33,169 nt of DNA from Catajapyx aquilonaris (taxonomy: Eukaryota), in NCBI GenBank assembly GCA_000934665.2, contig JYFJ02004299.1, positions 1-33,169 of the forward strand, written 5' to 3'. Both the position numbers and the translations under genes were made by a program. Positions within the stretch are counted from its first letter, which is position 1. Every line of letters starts with the position of its first letter. The notes below the pieces were generated by a model, which saw only the letters and a program-made list of their open reading frames with translations, was not told where the DNA came from and searched no databases. This document shows positions 21,221-33,169 of this stretch, one piece after another.

Positions 21221-24200
21221 TTTTTGGCCTCAAAATCTGAACAGACAGCCGTTACTTTTAACTGCTGCACTGAACGTTATTAGAATTTCTGTCAGCCGTT
21301 GTACGATATTTTGGCAAACGAAAATTTGGCTTGAATGCAAAGTCTTCTCAATATTTCTGAGCGGTTGCCATTGCCACATATAGGGAGAGTGGCTGAACTA
21401 ACCTGATTTGGACCCTTTTGTTCCGCGGATCATCAGATATACAGCACCCAAGTTGGGTGCCTGGATGTGTGTAGTATCACGCCTGCGCCTCCCCCTTTTA
21501 TACTTCCGAAGTCCACCCTTCCCCCAAAAAATACAGCCTCGCTAATATATCCCAGCCCTATATGACCCCCACGTTGCCAACCAACCGCAAATTACGGATA
21601 CATCCTATTGCTTCACACGGGAATGGGTATTGGTTTTGCATTGAGTGTCGGTACTGCATGTGTGTGTTTGTCGAGTAAAAGTTTGAAAGGACACGGTGTT
21701 AGTTAACTGATTGAAACAAAAAATCTGGATATGATATATGATAAATTATTTTTGATAGCTTCATGCGAAACAGGCATCAATGTTGGACTAGAGAGACCTT
21801 CGACTCCAAGTCACTTTCCGGATCGAAGAGTAGACTAATTAGGATTCGGTTCGAAGATCCATACTTGCAAGAAAATTCATTACAGGACTTTGAGAGTATT
21901 CCTATTCTTTCAGCCGAGTTTGCCTATTGACTCGCTCCCGATGTCATAAGGTAATGAGCGCATAATAATAATTACGGGGGTGTAGTTTCTAGATATAGTA
22001 GTATATACAGGATATATACGTGGGTAGAACAAAAGTAAGCTCAGAACAGTTATATGGTTTCATCCTTTTGCCTTCAAGTATGAAATAATGGCCTTTCATA
22101 TCATGTTCCTCTAACATCCCACGCTGCACTTTACAGCGGTATTCTACGTGCTATATTTCAAATTTACTTTAAAAAATTCACTCTATGGGAATGTTGCTTT
22201 AAAACATTTGATTGCACGCATACTTGTTACTCCGATGGTGTCTAGTATCAATAAGACGTTGGTGTTACAGTTGAATTTGTAACTGACGCAACCAGGACTT
22301 TCGATAAAATATAATTTAAATGTGCAACTACGGGGGTTTCCCATTTATGCTACAATTCTGGCATGCTTTACCTAGTAAAACAAACTAGGATACAATTATT
22401 AACAATTTAGGTTATCATGAAAAGCATTTCCGGCGTTCTGTTGCCCGTGTTTCATTACACGGAATTCACACCATACATCACAGCATGCCGAAGTGCACAG
22501 TGTGTACGTGTTGTACAATACGTAGAAGGCACTGGGTTCGTAACAGCTTCTACACTGGAAATATCAATGTTTTCTCTTGTACATTACTGCGTGTAAGACC
22601 CTACGTTACAAGGGCTTCATGCAATTTCGTCGTCGGCATTTTGTTACACACAAATTGTAATTTTCGCCACCGAGTATTTATTTGAAAATGACGTGCCCTT
22701 GGTTCCGTTATTAAGAAACCGTCCCTGTTCTGCCATATACGTTTCCCTAGATGCAAATTGAATTGGACATAATTATACATTAATACTTCCCTCCTGAGCA
22801 TCAGAGTTAATCTCGACTCAAGGCCAATCTCAGCCTCCCAAGCCTCGATGATTCTTGCTCAACTGTATAGCACCAAACTAGGATATTATTAGAAGGTGTT
22901 GCACAGTCCACTGTCGTTAATATTTACCCTCGACCCATTTACGCATTTCTAGTTACATACTGGCTAGGGACACGGCAGTTATGTAAAGCTGACTGTAATT
23001 CCTTCATAATGTGAATTTGAAGCCAAGGGAAATGATTACTTTCTCATAATATGAAGGGCGCTTTCCCTATTAAAGTCCATTTTGGTCGCATATTAAGGCT
23101 GTTCCTTATTATTACTATGCCCCTTGCCCCCATTTTGAAAATCTTCCCGTACCAGAGAGGTAGGAGTTGAGGGAAAAGAATATGGAAGTATGCACCGTGT
23201 GGAAGAGGCTCATTATGCCCGGACTTTTAGCTTCTCCCGTATTTAGGAAATGGAGTTTAGATTGGGAAAGAGCTCATCTGCATTGTTCATGAGGAAATAC
23301 TTTGCAAGGCTGGCACAGCCCAGGCCGCAATGAAGGGCTCTCGGGGGCTGAAGGATTGATCAGTGAAGTGTCCGCGCATAATTATGTGCCTAGATCCGCT
23401 TCCTATGGGGGCATTTCGCAATCTGCTGATAGCAGGTGGTGGGTGGATCTTGTGGAATCAGGGGGACCGTCTGCTAGCAACTGGCCAAGACCCTTTTTAT
23501 TACCTCAACCTATAATTATGACCAAGATGTGACGAAACGAGGTCGGACCCACTGCGCCCGATCATTTATTTACGAGTAATTCCGGGGGCCGACCACTTGG
23601 TGACAGTATGCCTGCTTATATATAGTACTGTACTGTACACCTTTGGTGTAAAGTACACAAGTTTAGGAATGTGTGATCATAATCAGCTTAACTTGACAAT
23701 GTAAGCGTCTTTGGCGTAGAATTGAACGATACATTGTGTGTGCAAGATGCGAGTTCGTGCGCATTACTTTGAAGATGATCCTAGAACAATGGCACCCATT
23801 GTGAGTCCGAAGTTTCAAGTACTGTACTTTCAGTTAACTACCATGATGGGAGTTGGATTCAAGTATTCCACAGCACTTGGAAGGACTATAGGTGTAATCC
23901 GAGCTCTTGATTCACAGTACGGTTTAGAGCTGAAGTTGTTTCGTGCCAATTGAAAGTAGCTTTCTGAGGAAAAAAGTATAGGAGCCTTTTATTCCTTAGC
24001 TATTCTTACTTTGGCGAACAATAATTTGAACAAGGTTCGTTGCTGAAACTGTCCAAGGCCCCGAGTTTTGGCGGCATAAATGATGTAGCATAATGAACAA
24101 GAGTGCGGTTTGTTTTGACACGTATATATATACACAGACCCAGCCGCAAGCCGCACAACGCATCTATGGGACACATAATTCATAAGGTAGCTTGCGGCAC

Positions 24201-24541
24201 AGTATCCAACAGCACAGTGAGCACCTTTGTAAGAGACCGCTGCGCCGTATTGTACTACACCAAGCTGATGCCGCTGATTTAGGCTGGAGGTCTCACCAGA
24301 ACCCCTCATCCTCATGTAGCAGATTAGTTCCAAGAAGAAAATTGCTATTCGCGCCTATAGGGAACAATTTGCATTACTTTCTAAGCGTGACACGTGCCTC
24401 GGGTGTAAACATTTCATAACATCCCCCTACAAATGAATAACCTGGAATAACCTCCCTAGGGGAGGAGGACAGACCCCCGAAATACTCCTCCATTATGACA
24501 TGATGAGTATGTTAATAAAGGTTTGTGACAATATGTTACAG

Positions 24542-24979
24542 GCGGAGTGGGCGGAGAGCAGCAGTGGCAACAGCACGTGGCAATGGCTAGGCGTCGGAGT
24601 GGCTGCTGGAGGCGACGGAGGCGGCGGGGTCGGAGCAGGGGCGGACGGTGCTGGGGCAGGAGTTGGGGCCGGAGGAGCCGGAGGGGCAGCGGGGGCAGGA
24701 GCCACTGCAGCTGGAGCGGAGGTGGCGGCGGAAGGCGCTGTCGCCGGCGCCAATGGCACCCTGGCGGGCGACGACCAACTCTTGGAGCCCGAGCGCCAGT
24801 ATTGGGCAGCACTGCTGGTGCTCTGCCCCGTGCTGACCGTCTTCGGAAATGTGCTGGTCATCCTGGCAGTCCGTCGGGAGCGTGCCCTGCAGTCCGTCAC
24901 CAACTACTTCATCGTGTCCCTGGCACTGGCCGACCTGCTGGTAGCCGTTTTGGTGATGCCGTTTGCCGTTTACGTTCTG
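24542..24979 (+). CDS. Dop2R: Dopamine D2-like receptor exon: Gly/Ala-rich N-terminus, TM1 and TM2
   Basis: Reads [60 protein letters not shown], matching insect Dop2R (GN, LAxAD motifs). Acceptor ttacag at 24540-24541, donor gtacgt at 24980; phase 0-0. Confidence 0.93.
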
Positions 24980-25111
24980 GTACGTAGGCTACATGCCACC
25001 CTACTACCGGCTCTTGCCGGACTGTCTTGTATGTGTGTTGTCACTCGAATCACTAGCCCGAAGCAAGTAGCATGCACGCTGTCTCTCTTCGTCCTCCTCC
25101 CCTCGGTCCAG

Positions 25112-25221
25112 GTGAATGGTGTCTGGGGCCTGCCGCCCTTTGTCTGCGACTTCTACATAGCCATGGACGTCACTTGCAGCACCTCATCCATTTTTAACTT
25201 GGTGGCTATCTCCATAGACAG
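25112..25221 (+). CDS. Dop2R: Dopamine D2-like receptor exon: ECL1 and TM3 up to the DRY motif
   Basis: Reads [37 protein letters not shown], with the amine-binding Asp3.32. Polypyrimidine acceptor; donor AG|gtaggt at 25222 splits the Arg codon of DRY. The next exon was not found in the window. Confidence 0.95.
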
Positions 25222-25732
25222 GTAGGTACGCCTTCATTCATTTTGTGTCTTACTTTATTCTTATTTCAATTACGTCCCTATTTTTATGATGTAATGTCGG
25301 TGTGTCTTCGCTACAATTCAGAGTGTAGTGTACATTTTGTAATCATATACTGCTATTTATCCGGCAGTACACGGTGTAAGCACCGGAAATAGCTCTCACT
25401 TGCGGAGTGGGTGCACTTTAATTGCCTTTCAATTATTGGACCACGAACGCAGTTGTCCGTAATATAACATGGCTGGCAGGTCCGTATTGCCGACATTTGA
25501 ACCGGCCTGACTCGCTCGCTACCCCCCCCATAACCCTAAATGTCGAAAAAACCGTGGTATTTCTGAACTGGACGGAAATAGCAGCCAGCTATAACTGACA
25601 ATCTCATTAGCCTGTCCTTGCGCCATCGAACTGCAAACTGGCGGTTTTAGACATCTGATCAATGAAATTCCCATCTGAATTGGTGGTTTAGGACCTCTCT
25701 TCTGTATGAATCCTGTCTGGTCCTATCTGATT

Positions 25733-25749
25733 GTGTGTGTGTGTGTGTG
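25733..25749. repeat. Short (TG)n microsatellite
   Basis: Directly visible. Confidence 0.8.
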
Positions 25750-26695
25750 CCTACCGGAGCATGTGGGCCACATTGATTGGTGTGCAACATGTGGAGCGAG
25801 ACTGGAAGAACGCGTGCTCATAGGCCATCACTTTAAGTATGATGGGGGACCCATGTTGACTTAAATGATTCATAAATCAGGTGTTGACCGCCGTGCCTTG
25901 TACGGCGTTTCATGTTTATAACACTTTTCACCACTTTTATTGCAACCGGATAGGACTTATGGGCCACCTTGCGGCCATAAGCCGTACGTCATTTCCCCGC
26001 CAGCCCGTTGAAGAAATCCTGTCATCCTGGCCTAATGGGCAACCCAAGCGCCTCTTTTGTTCACCAGGTAGTACAGATCGCAGGGGGAAATGGTAAACGC
26101 TCGTGATCGTTCAAAAATCGCGATACGGATCGCGTTTGCGGGAATTCATTTCTAGGCATGCAAATCGGGCGCAGAGCCAGGTCCATGATGGAAAGGATTG
26201 GAGGATTATTGTGTCTGGATGGCGGTTGGGAGCAGAAATAATATTATTGTTTGAATGAAGAGCAAGAATCGAATATTGGCGTGGCGGTATCACAGTACTT
26301 GTGTGTACCATATGCTCGTGTCCCGTAAGTTAGCATAATAACAATGCAATTTGCTGCTCATTTCACTTTCGCCTGAGCGTTACGCCTGCGGGCACTCAAC
26401 AACTCGCACTTTCATAAGCGCGGAGAGTATTATGCAATCAAACTGTAGCGATTTGTAACGAAGTTTTCATGCTACAGTTCCGTTTACTCGATTGGGTTGA
26501 GCGTCGGTGACGTATCAGGCGACAGGCTTAACAGCTGGTGTGGTTAATAGTTGCAATCGGGCTCCCCTTTAAAAAAAATCACAGCTGAGTAAAGTACAAA
26601 GAAGCAGATGCACATTCAGCATGTTGATGCACCGGTATGTGTAGTGGTAAATTATCCTATCCTAGTACAAAAAAAAAACCAAATTATACAGTATG

Positions 26696-27034
26696 CAGAT
26701 GGTCAGTAACACCCAGATTCGCTTCAGGTAGTTATTTTTTGGCATATTTTGAGGCTAAAATATGCTACTATTTTTAAAGGGCCGGGAAGCATAATATTAT
26801 TATGGCGTGCGGAGGCAATGTTGTCTTGGTGACATCATGTTAATGAATGGGCTATCATGTGGAAAGATAGATTATCCATATGGGGACATCATCAAAACTT
26901 AATTTTCGCAGCACGCCATGTTTTTTCTCGCAGCAACCCATGTTTAAGCATCGATGCCAAATATGATGTAAAATATTTTGTCCTTATAATAGGTCTAGAA
27001 ATTGCTCACCTGAGGTATAACAGACCACCCTGTA
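26696..27034. mobile_element. Degenerate mariner-type MITE
   Basis: Right end ctgaggtataacagaccaccctg|ta is a typical TA-CAGGGTG terminus. The left end cagatggtcagtaacacccag is its degenerate inverted counterpart. Confidence 0.45.
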
Positions 27035-29131
27035 GAGTGATGCAAATGCCATCATTTGCATCACTCTACAGGGCGATCTGCGATAGGAGCATGTTAAAAA
27101 GTTCCTGCTGCAAACATTTTTTAAAATAAACAAATGTTGGGTAAAAAGTGCTGAAGTAATAGAGTGCTCATTAGTGTACGTTTGTTGCAGCGTGAATACT
27201 CCACATTAGCTGAGTAGCCCAAGCCAAATGTCATATGTCGAGCAAAAGGTTGATACTAAGTTATACATTTTCTCCAGATGATTATGACATTCTATTATTA
27301 TTTCAGTAAGAAGCGTAATTAATTGGTGTCCCATACCACTTTTTATGTAAACTACTCTACGCTACGCACAGTTTTAATTCGTTGTCGTTCCAAACGATGC
27401 CATGTGTTTCCACTCATAATTAAAACTGATACGATGAGATATTGTAGCAGAAGTACCGTGTTAGTCAGACCAAGGTTTACACCGTATCGATCATGTCCGC
27501 GATAATAATGCGACAGCTATCAATAAGAATAGAAAAGGGCGCGTAGTTCTTTCTTAGTTATTCCTATGCAACATACACTGAACATGACCTCCTCCCGTTT
27601 ATAGTTGATTGGTTGAAGGCTATGGCAACGTTTTGCTGACCCCACTAGCAATCATGATCAATACCATTTTAAAGAGACTTTGTTATGCCAGGTATTTGGA
27701 ACATGCCCCCATTTAGCAAGCAAATTAACACCTTTGTTTCCATTTATGCCCCCCCCCCAAAAAAAAAAAAATGGGATTGAATACATTTGACATGCACGAA
27801 GTGGCTGAGTTGCCGTGTTACAATAAAGCAGTTTGAGTGACGTTTCAATGACGGTCATCACTGTAGCCTTTTTTGGTTTATAATATAGGTTTACATGCTA
27901 ATTTTACGCTTGTGATAAGCATGCTTCCCGTTGTGAACCACACGCCAATTTTTGCCAATTTTATCCCATTTTTTTCTATTGCTTATTCGCACAAAACCAC
28001 ATACAGGTGCGAAACGATATTCATCATTTTCAGAGTGGCCATGTGTTTTTATCCCGACGAAGGAAGTTGAACGATGCAACCTATAATTACTCATTCGTGT
28101 AATTATTTATCTGTCCATCTATCCATCTCGTCTGGTGCAGGGAGTATCGGGGGAGTTTAGTAAGTTTGACCAAGCCGTGCATTTGTGCAACCGCCAACTA
28201 GCTCATGTAGGTCGACTAACCAAGCGTACTGGCAGTCGCCCAATTAAACATGATTCTCTCCGCTCGTTTGGAAATGTACTCAAGCCCAGCGTGAAAGATT
28301 CAATTTTGCTTTTGCCCACTAGCCATATCTGAGTCCTCTCTATACGTATGTGTATGTGTGGCCACATACTCGGAATTGGGCTGCACGAAAGATGCCCGAA
28401 TCTATTTTTACGAGAGGTGCCACTTGGCAGGCATGATCGATGTTTCCACGTCCATCTGTCTTGTCATGCCATGCACTTTCTTGTATTTTTTAATGCAGGG
28501 TTTTCGTGGCACACGAAGGCCTGAACGGTCACGTGTTGATCCATGGGATCAGCCTGGGAAGAAAAGGATCATATTTGGTGCAGGATGAGACGTTAACGGT
28601 CGGGGTTACATTATTTTTCAATGGATGTCACGCGTCCTCGTCATTATCTGGAAGCGATCAAATGCTGGCATGGGAGGAGACTAGCTGTGGGACGGGTAAT
28701 TAATGTTTCAAAGGCATTGTACGAGCATAGCATACTTGCACAGTAGGGGGGAGGCTGATAGGGTAATCCGTGATTGAAGCGGTGCGTTGCAAAACTCGAT
28801 GTACGTTTTGATCAAGTGTATGGGCGGATGAATTGAGGTGTCAAAAATCTGCCTAAATTGTTTACATGGTTCGAGTCAGTTGGATTCGGAATTTTAATTG
28901 GCGTATCATCGCTTGCGATTTTTTTTACAGGAATGCAATTACTTATGATAATAATTATTAGTAGGTGCGATACTATTAGTCGATGTGGAATTCAAAACTC
29001 TATAGTTGTGGCACAAAAAAAAGTTTAATATTACTCATATTTAAACCGAACATCATTGAATTTTAATCCGGAAAAGTGATATTTGAAAAATAAAGGCACT
29101 GAAGTAAATGTGATTATTTTTATTCGGGGAA

Positions 29132-29230
29132 GTGAAGTGGCGCTGCGGTAATGTACGAGCCCACAGATGGAAGGTTCCCGGGTTCGATCTCAAGCACGGA
29201 CCACCCCCCTTAATCTCATGCGGAGTTTGA
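29132..29230 (+). mobile_element. tRNA-derived SINE head fragment
   Basis: A-box-like tggcgctgcgg (29138-29148) and B-box ggttcgatctc (29181-29191). The stems do not close into a cloverleaf. Confidence 0.5.
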
Positions 29231-32200
29231 TCACTTGGAAATAGGCATGTGCTACATAATAATTACATCACCATTATAAAATTTTCCTATAAAAGTGGCA
29301 ATCGTAGATGAAGAATGACTCGCAAGATATTTTGAAACTACAAGTTGTATTAGCGTAACAAACTAAACAGGTAACATTCAATGAAATTTAATATAAATGC
29401 GTTATCAATATTATTGTAATTACAAATAGTGCTACATGAACGAACCATTTAAAATGACTAGTGGTATTTTCGTGCCGATGTTGTCCTACAAGTGATTAAT
29501 GAGATAATATACGCTTTATATGAAAATGTAAGCGACGAAACCGACAGCGTATGTTTAATGACTTTAGTAACTTACTAATTGCATGCAGAAAATAATTCGA
29601 GACATGTTATTTTTCTTGCCTTCTCAGGAGTTTAGGGTTTAGAGCACTTTTATTGCATTTCACAGCATATTTTCTTCGTAATTTGGCCCAAGGCTGCTCT
29701 GCATGTGCTTTAGAAGAAGTATAATTAGCTCTCTTCATATGTGTAATCCCCTTGATAGTGTACTGTAAGGCAGCCATGGTGTAATTCACACCACCTGCTT
29801 AGTTATAAGCCTCCTCTTTTGCCGGCGTCAATAGGCGAACTACAGCCTGCACCTCATTCCCAAGTGCATAAATTATTATCACACGCATAGTTATATATTT
29901 ATACCGTTAAGATCTTTTTAATCTAGCCATCCCTCTGGTAAGAGAATCATAATTCATCATAATTCATCTGCATCCTACACTCCATGCTATAAGCGAGGAG
30001 AAATCAATTTAGCTAAAGTTACTTTTAAAAGTTATTTAAATGAAAACGTCAAAACCAATCCTGACGTATTCAAGTACAGTACAGTATAACACACCGGTAC
30101 ACAAGTCGGACAATATGACCACGAGACATTAGAAACAAAAAGTGATGAATTTGGTGATGTATTGTCTCATTTATGTTTCCCACTGCTTCCCTATTTCCTG
30201 CTTTTCTTATTTAAATAACACTTTGAAACCAATATTTCACTTATTGATTTCACATTGTTAAATGCATTAAACATGTTATCTGGTCTTGTTTTACGTTGCC
30301 GAAAATATAGGCTAACATGCTCGAGCCTGGATTGGCCCTGTCATTCGCGGATAGATTTCCGAAGGTAAATGATCGCTTGTTTGCACAAATGCAATCTTTC
30401 TCGGATTGTTGTGTGCATTCTGGCCTTTGTTGTCCGAAGTTTTCCTCTGACTCATTTTGTGACATTATGGCCTAGATTACTATGCAAAGTCAGTTGGAAG
30501 AACAAGCCTCACAAACAAGTATGGAAAAACAAATACGTATATATTGTTGACATTTCTGATTATCGTAGTTTCTTCAAATTACCGGCGCAAAAGTAGCAAG
30601 TGATTAGTCTACGCCATCCATAATTAAAAAGTTTTAATTTGCTGCCGATCCCTAATTTCCATATTACAATGATTATATCTGGGGTGATATTGCATGCTCG
30701 TATGCGTTCACATTAGGAAAAGTCGAGTCGAGTGAATCCTGATTTGCCAAAAGGTCACATGCTGATGAATGTATTACTAACTAAATGTAAAAAAAATGTT
30801 TGACTGTACACTCTGCTACAAAATCCGTTGAGCTCCTGTGCATTTTCTTTTGTTAGTTCCGTATACTGTAAGGGTGATGCATCGCATGGAGCATAAAAAT
30901 ATCAAAAACACTCTGAGTGTGTAGATCAAACCTTATATACGAAGCTCATGTTCCAATAGCCTTGTCAGGAGTATATTGTAAACTGGAAAAATGGCGAAAA
31001 TGTGGCTTCAAATGGAGACTCGATTGGAAGTGAGTTATTCGGCAGTTTTCATGTTGTGGTGGGGACGGTAGTTTCGATTTTTCTCCTGGTTTATAGCCAG
31101 TGGGTAGGGAGGAGGTGAATTTGCTCCACTACTTCCAGTGACAAGTAGCTTAAGCATTTTGGAAAGCTAACTGTCAACCAATGTGGCATGTTGGGACTGC
31201 AGGCCACTAAAGCAAGGATATAGTGAATAGTTATCGATTCCAACATGTAGGCCTACAGCCATATATTCTTCTATGTAATGCCTCTGATGTAAAAGCCACT
31301 TGAGGTCCCTAATGCACTTGTTTTTGATGTGAAGTACTTTATTGCCGCAACCAGTGGGTCTTACAAGATATATGATGTTTTTGTCAGACTGTATGAGCTA
31401 GTCATGCCATCGTCGTATCAATTTTCGTGTGGTATGACGTAATGTAGTTGGGATAAATCTAAGCTGGCATATTTGACGCATGGTATTAACTGAAGAGGGC
31501 ATGTGTTTCGAAACTTTGTGGAAAATGGGAATTTCATGTGCACCAGAATAAGAAGTGAATTTACAGTACGGATTTATTGAACAGGATCAACTGCGGAAGT
31601 TCCATCAGGTACAAGTCTTTAATCCTGTAACGTGTGCATATAGGAAGCGTTTTGGTCCATGCGCATTTCCACATTTTTCAAAAAATATACGTGAAACATT
31701 ACAAAATGACCATCCGATTTTGTAACTATGCGTATAGCAGGTAGCATTGTCAAACCATGTCAATTGTAGATGTCCATAAGCGAATCTACATAGCTACATG
31801 CATTTGAGTAATTAGGCTAGAATTACCATGTGTATTGATTAAGAAATGTTATTTTTACCTTTTTGCTCATTTTTAACACGACCTGACATGTTTCGAGCTG
31901 CGATGCATTAGTTCAAGTAAAAACATTTCACAACATTTCATGATAATTCTTTTGAAGTTTTGACAGCAAACTCCCAGCCCTGCCTGTGTGATTTTAAGCC
32001 ATGTGTATTCAGTATATGGACGTAAAGTAGGAAACGCGTTTGGGAATTAATATTGGAGACTCTATAGAGCAGTCTATGGTATAGGTTGAATATCACAGAT
32101 GTTCTTCTCGACAAGCTCTTGCATCAAACTTAATGCTCTAGTGTCTAGTGCCATATTGCTTTTCATAGATGGGGAGACCTTGTGTACAGCGACAATTACA

Positions 32201-33012
32201 TTCTGTCTGGGTAAAGGGAATAAGCAATGAAATAAGCGAAAATAAAGTTGAGTGCATCCTGTGTCTTACAATTAATGTACTCTCTGTCGATAGGTGAAAG
32301 GGCAGGTCCATTCCCATTTTACTTAAATTCATTCACAGGTGAGTAGGGACTGAACCTAATATCTGCCTTGTAAACAGGAAATTTCATTTCCTTCTCCTGA
32401 AAAACAGACTTGTCCTGACATGTGCCCCCTTTTTACCTGGGACCACAGAATAATAATGTCATAGAAACTGGAAAAGTGGCCTCTGGAAGAGGTTTGCCAA
32501 ACCAATTTGTGCGATCATTTGCAAATATTCCTGCATCGTACGCAGCCTACATTTTGCAAGTAACAACTCGGAGGAAAATTCTGCGATACCACACTCACGC
32601 ATCATCATGTGTTATGACATGTAGTGTTGTAGCTCTGCTTGAGCAGTAAATCCCTATTGTCCTGTCGAGTAATTTCATATACAGTTTCTGGGTATCATTG
32701 CATAGCATTAACTTGAATGGCGAATCTCAGCAACAGTGACATGAAGCGAATGATGCGTATCGCTTTGAGAGCTTATACTGTACATTAAGCTTTGCCACCG
32801 AGCACGTGTGATAAGCTTGTTGGACAGGGTTTTATCAGTGTACCTGACCTATCATGTATGGACGTTAGTGTACCGCGACAGCAGTCAGATTTGCCCTCAA
32901 TCTCTATTGCTCAGGCTTCGTCTTTTATTTTTAGATCATATCTCGTATATCTACTGTTTTCGTCGTGGTATACTGGTATTGCAGCAAAACCACCGACAGA
33001 CTCTATGGTGTA

Positions 33013-33169
33013 AGGGCCGGTTGCACCAGTCGCGGTATATCGAACGGTATATGGAAGAACCCTGCACCGCGAGTATACGGTATATTCCATGAAAAACCGC
33101 GGGTTTATTCCATAGCGTTGCACCGGTCCAGATAAACGGGGCGTGTCCGGTAGTACGCTGGCTCATGAG
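33013..33169. mobile_element. Left end of a putative PIF/Harbinger MITE, truncated by the window edge
   Basis: TAA followed by gggccggttgcacca, with internal repeats gttgcacc / cggtatat / accgcg. The other end is not visible. Confidence 0.4.

Noticed and set aside
24456..24987. Overlapping and antisense Pro/Arg-rich ORFs
   Set aside because: Shadows of the GC-rich Dop2R exon.
31490..31520. Minimal hammerhead ribozyme-like CTGAAGA...CGAAAC
   Set aside because: Stem II is weak, the cleavage triplet would be GUG and there is no convincing stem I.
25222..33169. Further Dop2R exons or other genes among the short ORFs
   Set aside because: No exon continuing DR|Y (YxAV...P) was found, and the short AT-rich ORFs lack recognisable motifs. 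Interpreted as intron.

Overview
Eukaryotic genomic DNA, most likely arthropod/insect, containing two intron-split genes on the + strand. (1) The 3' part of a pointed/Ets-1-class transcription factor: five phase-consistent coding exons (372-650, 1550-1801, 8992-9312, 9414-9711, 9788-9851), with the ETS domain and stop codon; upstream exons lie outside the window. (2) The 5' part of a D2-like dopamine receptor, Dop2R: probable N-terminal exons 17207/17239-17335 and 18460/18467-18534, and certain TM1-TM3 exons 24542-24979 and 25112-25221; the next intron runs past the window end. Introns and intergenic DNA hold tRNA-derived SINE relics, several MITEs, a 12-nt tandem array and microsatellites. 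The most striking unexplained signal is a pair of related tRNA-mimic cloverleaves (1365-1436 and 16334-16399), one in or beside each gene, both in sense orientation. Their D-arm/T-arm elbow is near-identical, their anticodon arms are unrelated and non-decoding, and each sits on a long basal stem of unrelated sequence. A second oddity is that Dop2R exon 1 can be read in two frames that rejoin the receptor frame through two acceptors 7 nt apart. All calls are by eye; no database searches or folding software were run.
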